Shown: positions 52,995 through 63,028 of the stretch, piece by piece
Layout: each line of letters starts with the position of its first letter
How positions within the stretch are numbered: the stretch's first letter is position 1
NCBI GenBank assembly: GCA_003454975.1
Contig: DMST01000116.1
Span: forward strand, 26,659 to 90,658
DNA length: 64,000 nt
Reading direction: 5' to 3'
Origin: Cytophagales bacterium
GTDB taxonomy: Bacteria > Bacteroidota > Bacteroidia > Cytophagales > Cyclobacteriaceae
The notes under the pieces: model-generated
Seen by the model: the letters and a program-made list of their open reading frames with translations, nothing else
Told to the model about the DNA's origin: nothing
Database searches by the model: none
Made by a program: the position numbers and the translations under genes

Positions 52995-54424
52995 GGTAGT
53001 AGGGCTATAGGTGCAGTTAAATGGACTAAAGTTCCCAGCTTTTCGCTAGACTCAATGGTGAGCTCACCATTGATAATGGCGGCCCGATCCTTCATGTTTT
53101 TCAGACCGTGAGAGGAGTGATTGGTTTGGAGTTGTTGTATATCAAAACCCTTCCCATCATCTTCTATGGTCAGGTCTATCGCATGAGTTTCCAGCGTCAT
53201 CTGAATATGGATAGTCTCTGCTTGTGAATATTTAATAGCATTGTTCAAGGCCTCCTGAATGATACGGAACACAGCAATTTTCTGACTGTAAGGCAAATCT
53301 GGGGCTAGTTCTCCGGCCACCAGTTTAATCTGTCCTTCAAATAAGGGGGCTAAGTTGTTTACCAGGCTTTGTACGCACTGTTTTAGGGGCAAGTCTTCCA
53401 GAGTCCTAGGTATTAGGTTTTCCGAAATACGGGTGGTCTCCTGAATCGCCTCGTCCAACAATTGCCGAAGCGGCTGGGTGTGTTCCGGGCTTGCATGCTT
53501 ACTGAGTATGGTATCTATGTGCAATTTGATACCGGATAACATCTGGCCCAAGCTGTCGTGCAGATCGCGCGCCACCCGAGTCCGTTCCCCTTCCTGTCCT
53601 TCTATCAAGGCAGCCAGATTGGCACGTTCTATCTCCTTCTTGAGCTGTTCGTTGCGGTAGTCAGTGGTGATGTCCCTAAAAGTGAGCAGATACCCTGCTT
53701 GGGAATCCGTGCCGGTCTGGAAGGGTACCAAGGTGAAATCACTAAATACGCGATCTTTGAGTAGGGGGGAGAGGGTCCAGGCACCATCCAAATGATGATC
53801 GCTTTGCAAAGCAGACCACCAACTAGTGTGTTCTGTGGTCCCATCCGTTCCTTGAGGAACGGCCTGGATCACATCGGTGATGGGTATTCCTGCCAGATCA
53901 TCTGATGCTTGTAGTATGTTTTTGAATACCGGATTGACAAAGGTAATGCAGCCCTGTTGGTCTAGCGTAGCCAACGGTACTGGTATAGAATTCACGGCAG
54001 CGAAGAACTTTTCTTCACTTACCCGAAGCTGTTTTTCTACCTGATCTTTGTGCAAAACCATTTCAATATTGGTGAGGAGTTCACGCTCATTGAAAGGCTT
54101 CATTACGTAGCCAAAGGGACCGGTAATTTTTGCCCGTTCTATAGTTTCTACATCCGACAAGGCAGTCAAGTAGATAATAGGTATGTCTTGTTCTTCCCGT
54201 ATTTGAGTGGCTGTTTCTATACCATCCATGTCGCCCTCCAGCATGATGTCCATCAAGATTAGGTCTGGAGTGTGTTCGCGAGCTTGACGAAGTGCGTCAT
54301 CACCGTTAGTCACTGTGCCCACCACGCCATATCCTGCATATTCCAGGCTTTTCTTCAAGTGTAGGCCCACCATCCTGGCGTCTTCTACTATCAACAACTG
54401 CTTTGGGGCCAGGGCATCCATCAT
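52991..54424 (-). CDS. Hybrid REC-PAS-HisKA_3-HATPase sensor kinase (NarX/DegS-type H-box)
   Basis: The N-terminal receiver is LLIVEDARMV...DLILMDIMLEGDMDG...MKPF. A PAS-like middle follows. The H-box is ERTRVARDLHDSLGQ. The ATPase boxes are EALNNAIKYS and EDDGKGFD. The stop overlaps the regulator's start (ATGA at 52991-52994). Confidence 0.9.
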   Translation of the reverse strand: MMDALAPKQLLIVEDARMVGLHLKKSLEYAGYGVVGTVTNGDDALRQAREHTPDLILMDIMLEGDMDGIETATQIREEQDIPIIYLTALSDVETIERAKITGPFGYVMKPFNERELLTNIEMVLHKDQVEKQLRVSEEKFFAAVNSIPVPLATLDQQGCITFVNPVFKNILQASDDLAGIPITDVIQAVPQGTDGTTEHTSWWSALQSDHHLDGAWTLSPLLKDRVFSDFTLVPFQTGTDSQAGYLLTFRDITTDYRNEQLKKEIERANLAALIEGQEGERTRVARDLHDSLGQMLSGIKLHIDTILSKHASPEHTQPLRQLLDEAIQETTRISENLIPRTLEDLPLKQCVQSLVNNLAPLFEGQIKLVAGELAPDLPYSQKIAVFRIIQEALNNAIKYSQAETIHIQMTLETHAIDLTIEDDGKGFDIQQLQTNHSSHGLKNMKDRAAIINGELTIESSEKLGTLVHLTAPIALLP

Positions 54425-54493
54425 GGAGTATTACAAATAGAAGTTAGGATTTTACCAAATCATTGGTCATAAGGTAGCAATCATGGTCAAGGC

Positions 54494-57400
54494 TCACAAT
54501 GATTTTGGGAAAAACACTTTAAATGTTGTTCCCTGGTTAGAGTCCACGGTAACATTTTCTGCTTTGAGCTGAGAAATAAAGACTTCGATGAATTGAAAAC
54601 CGAGACTTCCCTGGTTGGGGAATTTACCTTCTGGTAGGCCTATTCCATTATCCTTTACCGTGAGTACATGGTGGTTCTCCCCTTCCTCTAATATCACCCA
54701 GATGCATCCGGTATTTCGACCATGAAAAGCATGTTTGAAGGCATTGCTTACCAGCTCGTTTATCAGTAATCCCAGGGTAGATACCATATCTACATGCAAG
54801 GTGATGTCAGCTACCTCTTTTACTACCTCTATGTGCACGCCCTCGTGGGTATAAGATGATGCTATATCACGTATCAATCCTTGCAAATAGGGTAGAACAT
54901 TCAAATGGCCGAATCCATGCACTTGTAAAAGCCGCTCATGAATTTTTGCCAGTGATTTTATTCGGTTCTCCGTATCCCGGATAAAATTCTGAAGTCCTTC
55001 ATCTTTCGCTTCTAATTGGTTCAGGTATAGAATGCTGGAGATGAGCTGTAGGTTATTTTTAACCCTATGGTGTATCTCCCGTATCAGCATGTCCTTATCC
55101 TCCAGGGCTACATTCAGGTCCTCTTCCACCGATTTCTGGTGGGTTATGTCCGTGGCCGTACCTACAAACAGTAAATCGCCTTGTCGATCTTGAATGGCAT
55201 CGGCGCGAGCCAGAATCCAATGCAAAAGTCCGTCCGGAGTGATGATTCTGTATTCTTCGTTGAAAGGAGCCCCTCCGAAATGAGCTTCAAGCGCTTGGGC
55301 TATCCTGGGCTTGTCCTTATCATATATGGACTGGAAAAAGATCTCCGGATTTTCAAAGATTTCGGCCTTTGGTACCTTCCAAAGGTCCTCGAAGGAATCA
55401 CTAATGAATATCATTTCCTTGCTGTTCCGAATCCAGAAAACCTCGCGCAGGTTGGTGGAAAGTAAGTTGAAGCGGTATTGGGCTTCTTGTAGTATTCTTT
55501 CCGTATTCTTTTTCTCGGTTACGTTCTGATGGGAAATGACGGCCCCGCCTTCTTCCAATGGAATGGGCTCAACCCGCATTCTAAACCATCGCTCTTCTTT
55601 TGGGGTGTGGCAGGGGTATTCCTCTTCGTATTGGTGCCCGGCGGCCAATACTTCACGAATGCCCTTGAGGGTAGTCTGAAGTTGTAACTCACCTGCTTTT
55701 ATGCCCACCTCTATCTCCTCCAGATAATTTGCTCCTTCTGCACTGGTGTTGAGTATGTTTTCATTCTCTTGTGCAAAATTGATCCAGTTTTGGTTGGTAG
55801 CGGTGATGATGCCTTCTTGATTGATGATGCATACCATGGCGCCCGGGCTGGCCAGAAGGGCTCGTTCCATTACCTTTTTGCGCTGTAGTTCTGTCTCCTG
55901 GGCTAACTGTTGCGTAATATCACGACCTACCGCGAACAACCGGTTGGAGGGAGAGTCTACCACGGCCGTCCACTGTAGGGTTACTTCCTTGCCTTGGCGG
56001 GTAGTATAGGTGATATTAGTAGGAGCAATAGTTCCCGATTTTCGCTGTTGGTTGCGGTCCAGGGCCTGCTGTAAAGGGGACATGCCTACCTGCTCCGCCA
56101 TATCCTCCCATTCGAAGGTAGATAGGTCCTCTTCCAAGGAAAGTTGCAGTGCCTCCCGCATGGTTTGATTCATTTCCACCACCTGACCCTGTAAAGTCAT
56201 CACTATCATATACTCTGGCGAAAGATGAAATAGCTGGCGGTACTCCTCCAGTCGCTGTTGCTGTAGTATGCTTTCTGTAACTACCCGAGTTACAGAATAA
56301 ATCTTCTGGCTCTCATTGTCAGAGATAGCATTCCATTCCAGCCATTCGTACCCGCCATTTTTCTTTAGATAGCGGTTTCGGAAATTCACCACCTCCGGTT
56401 TTTCGCCCCATATTTCTTCCGCTTCTTTTAAAGTGTGCTCCACATCATTGGGGTGTACAAAATGAAGAAAAGGATTCGCCATCAGTTCCTCTTCAGAATA
56501 CCCCAATACGCGCATCCATTCTGGATTGATTTGCGTGAAAAAGCCATCAAAATCTGAGATGGAGATCAGGTCGTTGGAGATGTTAAACAACCGGTTGAAC
56601 TCTTCCAGTCGCTCTTTATGTTTCAGCTCCTCGGTAATGTCTCGAGCTACAAAGTATACTTTTTGCTTGGGCAGATCAGAGACGAAATTCCACTCTAACC
56701 AGCGGTAACTGCCATCAGCACACTGGAATCGGTTCTTTATTTTGCCCTCCCTGTGTGATACCTGGGCTATTTCTGTTGTAAACTGGATGGTTCTTTCCAG
56801 ATCATCCGGATGGATAAAGTTTACTGAAGGCTCACTAATTAAGGTGTCGAAGGTATGGCCTAGCGTTTTTATCCATTGGGGATTCAGTTGCTCAAAATAT
56901 CCTTCGAAATTTGCCACCCCAATAAGGTTGTTGGATAGTTCAATCAGCCTACCATAGTTTTCCAGCTCTAGCTGCGCACGCTTTTTCTCGTCTATGTCCT
57001 GAAACACTCCCGTGAGTTGCACCACCTTGCCCTCTTTCACAATAGCATGCCCCATGGCTCGCACCCAAATTTCACGGCCCTTGGCAGTGATGAAGAGGCA
57101 CTCCAAATCCCACGGAGTCTGGTGGGCAGAGGCTTCATTGACGGCATCGCGAATGATATCACGGTAATCTGGGTGGTAAAAGTTGATGGCTTGCTCCAGG
57201 TCTGGCTCGTAGTCCATAGGCACCTCATGCAGGCGTTTAACCTGGTCGCTCCACCAAATGTGGTTACTAGCAAAGTCCACAATCCACCCTCCAATTTTGC
57301 CAATCTCCTGAGCCTGTAGCAGCCGCTCTTCCCGTATACTGGCATGGCGCCGCTGGGCCTCATCGGCACTCAGGTTGTTTTGCAGACTCACAAAGCTGAC

Positions 57401-58102
57401 TACCTGGCCTTGCTCATTGTGGATAGGATATATGGACCACTCCACAAAATAGCGCTTATCGGTTTTCGTGTAGTTGTACGTTCTTCCATGCCAAGGGCGC
57501 CCTTGGCCTATAGCTTCCCGCAATTTTTTGGTGACCTCAGGGTCGGTGTCAGGGCCTTGGAGCATTTTAGGATTTCGACCCAGTAGTTCTTCTTTGGAAT
57601 ATCCTGTGAGCTGACAAAAGCTAGGATTTACATAGATCATTTCAGGGTTAGCGGGGTCTCCGTTGGTGATGCATATAGCATCCTGAATATGCTCCACAGC
57701 ACACTGGAAGGCATCTACGGTTTCCTGTATTGCGTCTCCGGATGGGGTTAGGCTATCAGAAGGAGTGAAAGCAACCGCCCAGCCATGGTCCGTCGTGCGT
57801 ACTACACATTGCGTATTGTACTGCTGGCCTTGCCAACGTACGGTGGCGAGGGATATTTTGGCTTTGCGCTGAGGTTGGCGTTCGAGTTGGTGAGTAATAG
57901 AAAGGTAGGATGCCACGTCGAGTAGTGTCTTTATGGGGGTGGCTTGCCAGTCTTGTGGGGCGATTTCCCATCCTTTGTAGGTTCCGATTACTGTCTTAAT
58001 GATGCCTGATTTATCGACTTCCAAAAAAATGGTATCCACCAAATCGGCGTAGGTGGAAACTAACAGATGCTCGTTCTCCATGCGTAAAATATAGGAACTC
58101 AT
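54494..58102 (-). CDS. Multi-PAS sensor histidine kinase with a HisKA_2-type (HWE-like) transmitter
   Basis: 1202 aa with about 7 PAS/PAC units. The H-box is REIHHRVKNNLQLISSIL. The ATPase segment is LINELVSNAFKHAF...VKDNGIGLP. Confidence 0.9.
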   Translation of the reverse strand: MSSYILRMENEHLLVSTYADLVDTIFLEVDKSGIIKTVIGTYKGWEIAPQDWQATPIKTLLDVASYLSITHQLERQPQRKAKISLATVRWQGQQYNTQCVVRTTDHGWAVAFTPSDSLTPSGDAIQETVDAFQCAVEHIQDAICITNGDPANPEMIYVNPSFCQLTGYSKEELLGRNPKMLQGPDTDPEVTKKLREAIGQGRPWHGRTYNYTKTDKRYFVEWSIYPIHNEQGQVVSFVSLQNNLSADEAQRRHASIREERLLQAQEIGKIGGWIVDFASNHIWWSDQVKRLHEVPMDYEPDLEQAINFYHPDYRDIIRDAVNEASAHQTPWDLECLFITAKGREIWVRAMGHAIVKEGKVVQLTGVFQDIDEKKRAQLELENYGRLIELSNNLIGVANFEGYFEQLNPQWIKTLGHTFDTLISEPSVNFIHPDDLERTIQFTTEIAQVSHREGKIKNRFQCADGSYRWLEWNFVSDLPKQKVYFVARDITEELKHKERLEEFNRLFNISNDLISISDFDGFFTQINPEWMRVLGYSEEELMANPFLHFVHPNDVEHTLKEAEEIWGEKPEVVNFRNRYLKKNGGYEWLEWNAISDNESQKIYSVTRVVTESILQQQRLEEYRQLFHLSPEYMIVMTLQGQVVEMNQTMREALQLSLEEDLSTFEWEDMAEQVGMSPLQQALDRNQQRKSGTIAPTNITYTTRQGKEVTLQWTAVVDSPSNRLFAVGRDITQQLAQETELQRKKVMERALLASPGAMVCIINQEGIITATNQNWINFAQENENILNTSAEGANYLEEIEVGIKAGELQLQTTLKGIREVLAAGHQYEEEYPCHTPKEERWFRMRVEPIPLEEGGAVISHQNVTEKKNTERILQEAQYRFNLLSTNLREVFWIRNSKEMIFISDSFEDLWKVPKAEIFENPEIFFQSIYDKDKPRIAQALEAHFGGAPFNEEYRIITPDGLLHWILARADAIQDRQGDLLFVGTATDITHQKSVEEDLNVALEDKDMLIREIHHRVKNNLQLISSILYLNQLEAKDEGLQNFIRDTENRIKSLAKIHERLLQVHGFGHLNVLPYLQGLIRDIASSYTHEGVHIEVVKEVADITLHVDMVSTLGLLINELVSNAFKHAFHGRNTGCIWVILEEGENHHVLTVKDNGIGLPEGKFPNQGSLGFQFIEVFISQLKAENVTVDSNQGTTFKVFFPKSL

Positions 58103-58267
58103 TAGGGGGCTTACAATTTACTGGGCCGGCCTTGGGCAAGCATCGGTAGATGTGCGTAAATTTGGGTTAGCCCAGGCTCAACAGCACTCCTGAAGTACTC
58201 AGGGCACGAAAGTCTGGGTATTTGTTTAAGATTTTGGCAATTGTTTTTTGATTATCAAGCAATTACC

Positions 58268-58275
58268 TATCTTTG
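58268..58275 (+). promoter_or_regulatory. Candidate -7 promoter box (TAnnTTTG) for rpmE2
   Basis: TATCTTTG at 58268-58275, with TTG at 58248-58250 upstream. It lies 43 nt before the ATG. Confidence 0.4.
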
Positions 58276-58318
58276 CAATCCTTTTTGGGAAAGAACGGAG
58301 ATAAAGCATTCATAGATC

Positions 58319-58588
58319 ATGAAAAAAGATATTCATCCCGAATACAACTACGTAGTCTTTGAGGACCTGGCCAGCGATTTCAAATTCCTGACCAAGTCAA
58401 CCATGGGTTCTAAAGAGACTATCAAGTGGGAAGACGGCAATGAGTATCCGTTGATAAAGGTGGAAGTTAGTTCTAACTCTCACCCCTTCTACACGGGTAA
58501 GAACATGCTGTTGGATACTACCGGTCGGGTGGAGAAGTTCAAGCAGCGCTACGCCAAGAAGAAGCCTGCTCAGAAGAAAGAAGACTAA
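58319..58588 (+). CDS. rpmE2: 50S ribosomal protein L31, type B (zinc-independent)
   Basis: Contains [17 protein letters not shown] and HPFYTG. It lacks the CxxC pairs. 89 aa with a basic tail. Confidence 0.95.
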   Translation: MKKDIHPEYNYVVFEDLASDFKFLTKSTMGSKETIKWEDGNEYPLIKVEVSSNSHPFYTGKNMLLDTTGRVEKFKQRYAKKKPAQKKED

Positions 58589-58620
58589 TACAGGTCTGCT
58601 TCTCTCTCCGAAGGGAAAAA

Positions 58621-58656
58621 AGTCTCCCGCACCAAGCTGTGTGGGAGACTTTTTTA
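58621..58656 (+). terminator. Rho-independent terminator
   Basis: AGTCTCCC (58621-58628) pairs with GGGAGACT (58643-58650), followed by TTTTTT. Confidence 0.8.
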
Positions 58657-58666
58657 TTTTTGCCCC

Positions 58667-59872
58667 ATGCTGCTACTATTGGTGGACCCGCTAGAGGTCC
58701 GCACCAACCTACTGCCCCTTACCTATACCCGGCCGGTGGCCGGTATCCGGGTGGGCATCGAAACAATTTCTGAGAAATGGCAACGCCGCCTGCCGGGCGA
58801 ATGGGCCTACATTACACAAGAATATCTGGAGTCTCGCTATCCGTTTCGGGTAGCGGATGACGTACTGCTCCTGCATGGTGGGGTGTGCCCTTCGGATGCC
58901 TTGGTGCTAGCGCTGGAGCAATTGGCCCCAGGGCAATCACTAGTACAGGGCGATACCGTGCTGGCTACCCGTGGTGGCGAGCAGGAGGCCCAGAAAGCCA
59001 GATCTTCCGGGGTTATTCCCCAACTACAGCCCGTAGCCTTTACCCAGGAACTCACTGTCATTAGCCAGGTATGGCATATCTTTCAGAAGAACGGGGAGCA
59101 AATCCGGGCCGATTTTGAGGCCATTACCCAGGGACGCCATAGCGCTGGGTTGGATTGCCCACATACTACACTACTGGGCAAGGAAAACATCTTTGTGGAG
59201 GAGGGGGCCAAGGTGACAGCAGCCATTTTGAATGCTGAGCGAGGGCCCATCTACCTGGGAAAGAATAGCGAAATACAAGAAGGAGCCATAATCAGGGGTC
59301 CTTTAGCTCTGGGCGAAGGTTCGGTAGTGAATATGGGGGCTAAACTGAGAGGAGATAACACCGTAGGGCCGTGGTGCAAGGTGGGAGGTGAGGTGAGCAA
59401 CTCTGTGCTGTTTGCCTATAGCAGTAAGGGGCACGATGGCTTTATTGGCAATACAGTGATTGGTGAATGGTGCAATCTGGGTGCGGATACCAATACCTCC
59501 AACCTGAAAAATAACTACGCTCCCGTGAAACTCTGGAACTATAAGAAAGGGGGCTTTGTGAACAGCGGCCAGCAGTTTTGTGGTCTCATCATGGGCGACC
59601 ACTCCAAGACGGGAATCAACACCATGCTGAACACCGGTACGGTGGTAGGGGTAAGTGCCAATATCTTCGGCCCAGGCTTTCCGCGCAATTTCATTCCCTC
59701 CTTTGCTTGGGGCGGTAGCCAAGGCTTTACTACCTTTCAAATCAGGAAGGCCTTTGAAGTGGCCGAACGAGTTATGCCGCGTCGCAATCGTGAGTTAGAC
59801 GAGGCAGAAAAAGGGATATTACAAACGGTATTCGATGCTTCTGCTGAGTACCGTATTTGGGAGAAAAAATAG
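58667..59872 (+). CDS. GlmU-like putative sugar-nucleotidyl transferase with a left-handed beta-helix (hexapeptide) C-domain
   Basis: 401 aa. Nucleotidyltransferase-like N-terminus (LLPLTYTRPVAGIRVG). The hexapeptide repeats are ...GAIIRGPLALGEGSVVNMGAKLRGDNTVGPWCKVGGEVSNS.... Confidence 0.8.
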   Translation: MLLLLVDPLEVRTNLLPLTYTRPVAGIRVGIETISEKWQRRLPGEWAYITQEYLESRYPFRVADDVLLLHGGVCPSDALVLALEQLAPGQSLVQGDTVLATRGGEQEAQKARSSGVIPQLQPVAFTQELTVISQVWHIFQKNGEQIRADFEAITQGRHSAGLDCPHTTLLGKENIFVEEGAKVTAAILNAERGPIYLGKNSEIQEGAIIRGPLALGEGSVVNMGAKLRGDNTVGPWCKVGGEVSNSVLFAYSSKGHDGFIGNTVIGEWCNLGADTNTSNLKNNYAPVKLWNYKKGGFVNSGQQFCGLIMGDHSKTGINTMLNTGTVVGVSANIFGPGFPRNFIPSFAWGGSQGFTTFQIRKAFEVAERVMPRRNRELDEAEKGILQTVFDASAEYRIWEKK

Positions 59873-59874
59873 GT

Positions 59875-60999
59875 ATGCGTTTTTCGGCCATTCCCGGGCA
59901 TACGGGCATAAAACAAACACTGCTTTCGGCAGTACAGCGCAACCATGTAGCACATGCGCAGTTATTTGTGGGGCCTGAAGGTAGTGCTACCTTGCCCTTG
60001 GCGTTGGCCTACCTCACCTACCTCAACTGCGAGAACCCCTCTGGCATCGATAGTTGTGGTGAGTGTCCTTCTTGCGTAAAGATGGATAAGTATATCCATC
60101 CAGATCTCCATTTTGTGATGCCCGTAAGCTCTACCAAGCAAGTCACGGGTAAGGATGTGGTGAGCCAGAGTTTCTTGAAGGAATGGCGCGAGTTTTTGGT
60201 CGAGAGCCCCTATGGGTCCGTTGAAGATTGGGCGTTCGCCTACGGAGGTGAGAACAAGCAGGTGAACATATCACGCGAGGAGAGCCGCCAAATCATTCGT
60301 AACCTATCCCTGAAAGCCTTTGAGGGGCGCTACAAGGCCATGCTGATCTGGCTGCCAGAGTACATGCACCCCTCGGCCGCCAATGGCATCCTTAAGATCT
60401 TGGAAGAACCACCCGAGCGCACGGTGTTTATCCTGGTGACTCAGGATACCGAAAAGCTGTTGACCACCATTCTTTCGCGTACGCAAAAGGTACAGGTGCC
60501 AGGCTTTTCTGATGAGGAGGTAGCCCAAATACTGGAAACAGAGTACGAAGCTACCGACACCCAGGCACGACAGGTGGCACACCTGGCCGAGGGCAATCTA
60601 AGTGCGGCCCGTAAGCTGCTTAGCCAAGTGGAGGACGATAGCCATGCGCTCTTCCGTGACTGGATGCGGCTGTGCTATGTATGGGATTTTACCAAGCTGG
60701 TGACTTGGTCAGATGACTACCAGAAGATGAGCAAGGCTAGCCAGCGCACCGTGTTACAGTACGGGATTAACCTGCTGCGCGAATCGCTGATGAGTTCAGC
60801 AGGAGTGGAAGACCTCATTCGGCTGTTTGGCGAGGAGGTGGAGTTTGTGAAGAACTTCGGGAAGGTGCTGGACGCAGACAAAATTGCTGGTATGTACGAA
60901 GTGCTCAACCGCATGCTGTATTACTTGGAGCGAAACGCAAGTCCCAAAATCCAGATGATGAACCTGAGCATGAAATTGGCAAGGATTCTACGGGGGTGA
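59875..60999 (+). CDS. holB: DNA polymerase III subunit delta'
   Basis: From Met7 of the track ORF: HAQLFVGPEGSATLPLALAY, the zinc module CGECPSCVKM, and LKILEEPPERTVFILV (AAA+ clamp-loader motifs). Confidence 0.88.
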   Translation: MRFSAIPGHTGIKQTLLSAVQRNHVAHAQLFVGPEGSATLPLALAYLTYLNCENPSGIDSCGECPSCVKMDKYIHPDLHFVMPVSSTKQVTGKDVVSQSFLKEWREFLVESPYGSVEDWAFAYGGENKQVNISREESRQIIRNLSLKAFEGRYKAMLIWLPEYMHPSAANGILKILEEPPERTVFILVTQDTEKLLTTILSRTQKVQVPGFSDEEVAQILETEYEATDTQARQVAHLAEGNLSAARKLLSQVEDDSHALFRDWMRLCYVWDFTKLVTWSDDYQKMSKASQRTVLQYGINLLRESLMSSAGVEDLIRLFGEEVEFVKNFGKVLDADKIAGMYEVLNRMLYYLERNASPKIQMMNLSMKLARILRG

Positions 61000-61101
61000 C
61001 CAAAACCCTTGTTCTTGCCAAGAATGGATAGTTTCTCTTCGGACAGGAAATAGATCCCCGACACCTGATCAATACCGCCACTTATTCTATAGTTGACAAG
61101 C

Positions 61102-61133
61102 TAAAAAAAAACAGCGCCTCTCTCAGGCGCTGT
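61102..61133 (-). terminator. Rho-independent terminator of the 623-aa ORFan
   Basis: An 8-bp stem, ACAGCGCC (61111-61118) pairing with GGCGCTGT (61126-61133). On the - strand it is followed by a T9 run (the complement of 61102-61110). Confidence 0.8.
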
Positions 61134-61156
61134 AGATTTAGTAGGTATTGGCTTGT

Positions 61157-63028
61157 TTACACTTCATAGAAGAATGCTTGGGCAGGAAAGGGCTCAGGAG
61201 TTTCAATGCTGTCGCCGATCAGTCTTCTGAGGGACACGTGCAGGTCTAGCATATAGGTACATCGACTAAGTGAAATGTTATTTGCCCCATGGTTTATGCC
61301 CAGATTTGCGTTGTTTATGGTGGCGGTACCGGTGGGTAAAATGTCATTTTGTGGTAGCCGGGCTCCATCGGTTAAGGTGAAGGTAGGCCCACCTGATTTT
61401 CTGAGGGTGATGGAAGCGCTACGCAAGTGCGGATGATGGACCGTATAGGCCACTCCTATATTGCCTGAGACGGGGCTGCACAAGTTGGTGCGGTTGTCAA
61501 CTAGGTCCATTTTCAGCACCGGATCTGCATTGCTGATGTACACCGAGTTAAGGGTAGTGCCGCTTTGAGGAGGTGTTTGGTATACCCCTTCTGAAATCAC
61601 CTCTCGCATCTCAAACCGGATGGCAATCTTTTGCCGGGGCATTGGCTGGGCAATGGCATCGCCGGGAGTATTTACCGTGGGCGTGGTAACACGCGGGCTC
61701 ATATCGCTAGAGATTTTTGCCGAGTCTATACCCATAAGGAACTCACTGTCCCAGGCCCAACTCCCGGTATTCAGGTCGTTTTCATCCAGATTGGGATCAT
61801 TCTGAAAGGTTTTACGGATGCATTCCAATAGATTGACCCAGCCGTCCGCTTTTATGAAACTCTGTTCCAGATACACATCTACTGAGTCATTGGAAAGGTT
61901 ACTCGTAAGGGTGCCCAACAATACACGTTGGAAGTAGGGCGAGGTGCCATCAATAACATTGGGGCTAAAGTGGCTTTGGTCAATATAGGTTCGGCTCGCC
62001 GTGATGGCGTTGGCGGCGGTAACGGTAGTGCTCACCAGAAAGCGGTACTCGTAGGGGTTGCCGGTAAGGGTCTCTAAACTAGAGGTAGGCGGCACATTGC
62101 CTTGCATAGCCAATACCCCTTTGAGCGCAAAGCCATTACGGGCAAAACCATCAGTATCAAAAGCATGAAGAGATCTGTCATCAGGAATTTTGAGGCTACG
62201 TGCAATCCGCAACCAGCCACCTGAAGTTGCTGTTCCTTCTAGCGGTACACACAGACTGACACAAAAGCAGTGGCCTCGGTCCTTGCGGTCGGGTTGCATC
62301 CCTACCTCCCTATTCTCCTTGAATACTACATCTCCGTCGGGTGACTGAACCTGAAAATATACGTCAGGTCCAAAACCGCCAGTGTTAAAAGGGGTCTCTA
62401 CGTTGAGGCCTAAAAAGGACAGGAAGGTTTGTTTGAAATCCAGGCTTTGGTAATCAATACGGAAATAGCCATTGTCATCAGTAATGGCCGTGCCAAGGTT
62501 GTCATCGTTTAGTAGGTCCTTATCCATTGCCGTGACCCGATATCCTTTGGCTGGAATCTTAGAATTTTTGCAGGAGACGATTCGGCCGCATATGACCCAG
62601 GCGTCGTACAGTTTGCGGATCACATTGCACCAGAAGTCTTGGTATAGCCGAAGCGTTACCTTCATTCCTTCCTCTTCCCAGCGGTCTGGGGTAAAGGTGG
62701 CCACCCTAATCTGTACGGTCTTTTTTACCTCGCTTCTCTGGTGCGGTAGCTTAGAAAGCTTTACGTGTAGGGTGACACCCGGTGTAAGCTTGGCAGCATC
62801 TACATGCAATTCGAAACTGCCGTCTGCACTGGTTTGGGCGCTGCCTATGGGTTTGCGGCCATCTAGTTCATCTTCCTGCACTATGCTTTGGAAGCTGATG
62901 TTGCCCTTACCGCTGTAGGGCTCCTCAGTCTTTAGTTGCTCATAAGCAATGATGGTGACCTCCGGAAGGAATTCCGTACAGTCGTTGCATAGTTCGGCAA
63001 GGGTCTTGCCAATGATAATCTGACTCAT
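61157..63028 (-). CDS. Hypothetical 623-aa protein with no signal peptide and transthyretin/CarboxypepD_reg-like segments
   Basis: A long uninterrupted ORF with its own terminator. The segments GSAQTSADGSFELHV and CGRIVS...GYRVTAMDKD...GTAITDDNGYFRIDY resemble carboxypeptidase-regulatory-like beta-sandwiches. The rest is unrecognised. Confidence 0.7.
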   Translation of the reverse strand: MSQIIIGKTLAELCNDCTEFLPEVTIIAYEQLKTEEPYSGKGNISFQSIVQEDELDGRKPIGSAQTSADGSFELHVDAAKLTPGVTLHVKLSKLPHQRSEVKKTVQIRVATFTPDRWEEEGMKVTLRLYQDFWCNVIRKLYDAWVICGRIVSCKNSKIPAKGYRVTAMDKDLLNDDNLGTAITDDNGYFRIDYQSLDFKQTFLSFLGLNVETPFNTGGFGPDVYFQVQSPDGDVVFKENREVGMQPDRKDRGHCFCVSLCVPLEGTATSGGWLRIARSLKIPDDRSLHAFDTDGFARNGFALKGVLAMQGNVPPTSSLETLTGNPYEYRFLVSTTVTAANAITASRTYIDQSHFSPNVIDGTSPYFQRVLLGTLTSNLSNDSVDVYLEQSFIKADGWVNLLECIRKTFQNDPNLDENDLNTGSWAWDSEFLMGIDSAKISSDMSPRVTTPTVNTPGDAIAQPMPRQKIAIRFEMREVISEGVYQTPPQSGTTLNSVYISNADPVLKMDLVDNRTNLCSPVSGNIGVAYTVHHPHLRSASITLRKSGGPTFTLTDGARLPQNDILPTGTATINNANLGINHGANNISLSRCTYMLDLHVSLRRLIGDSIETPEPFPAQAFFYEV

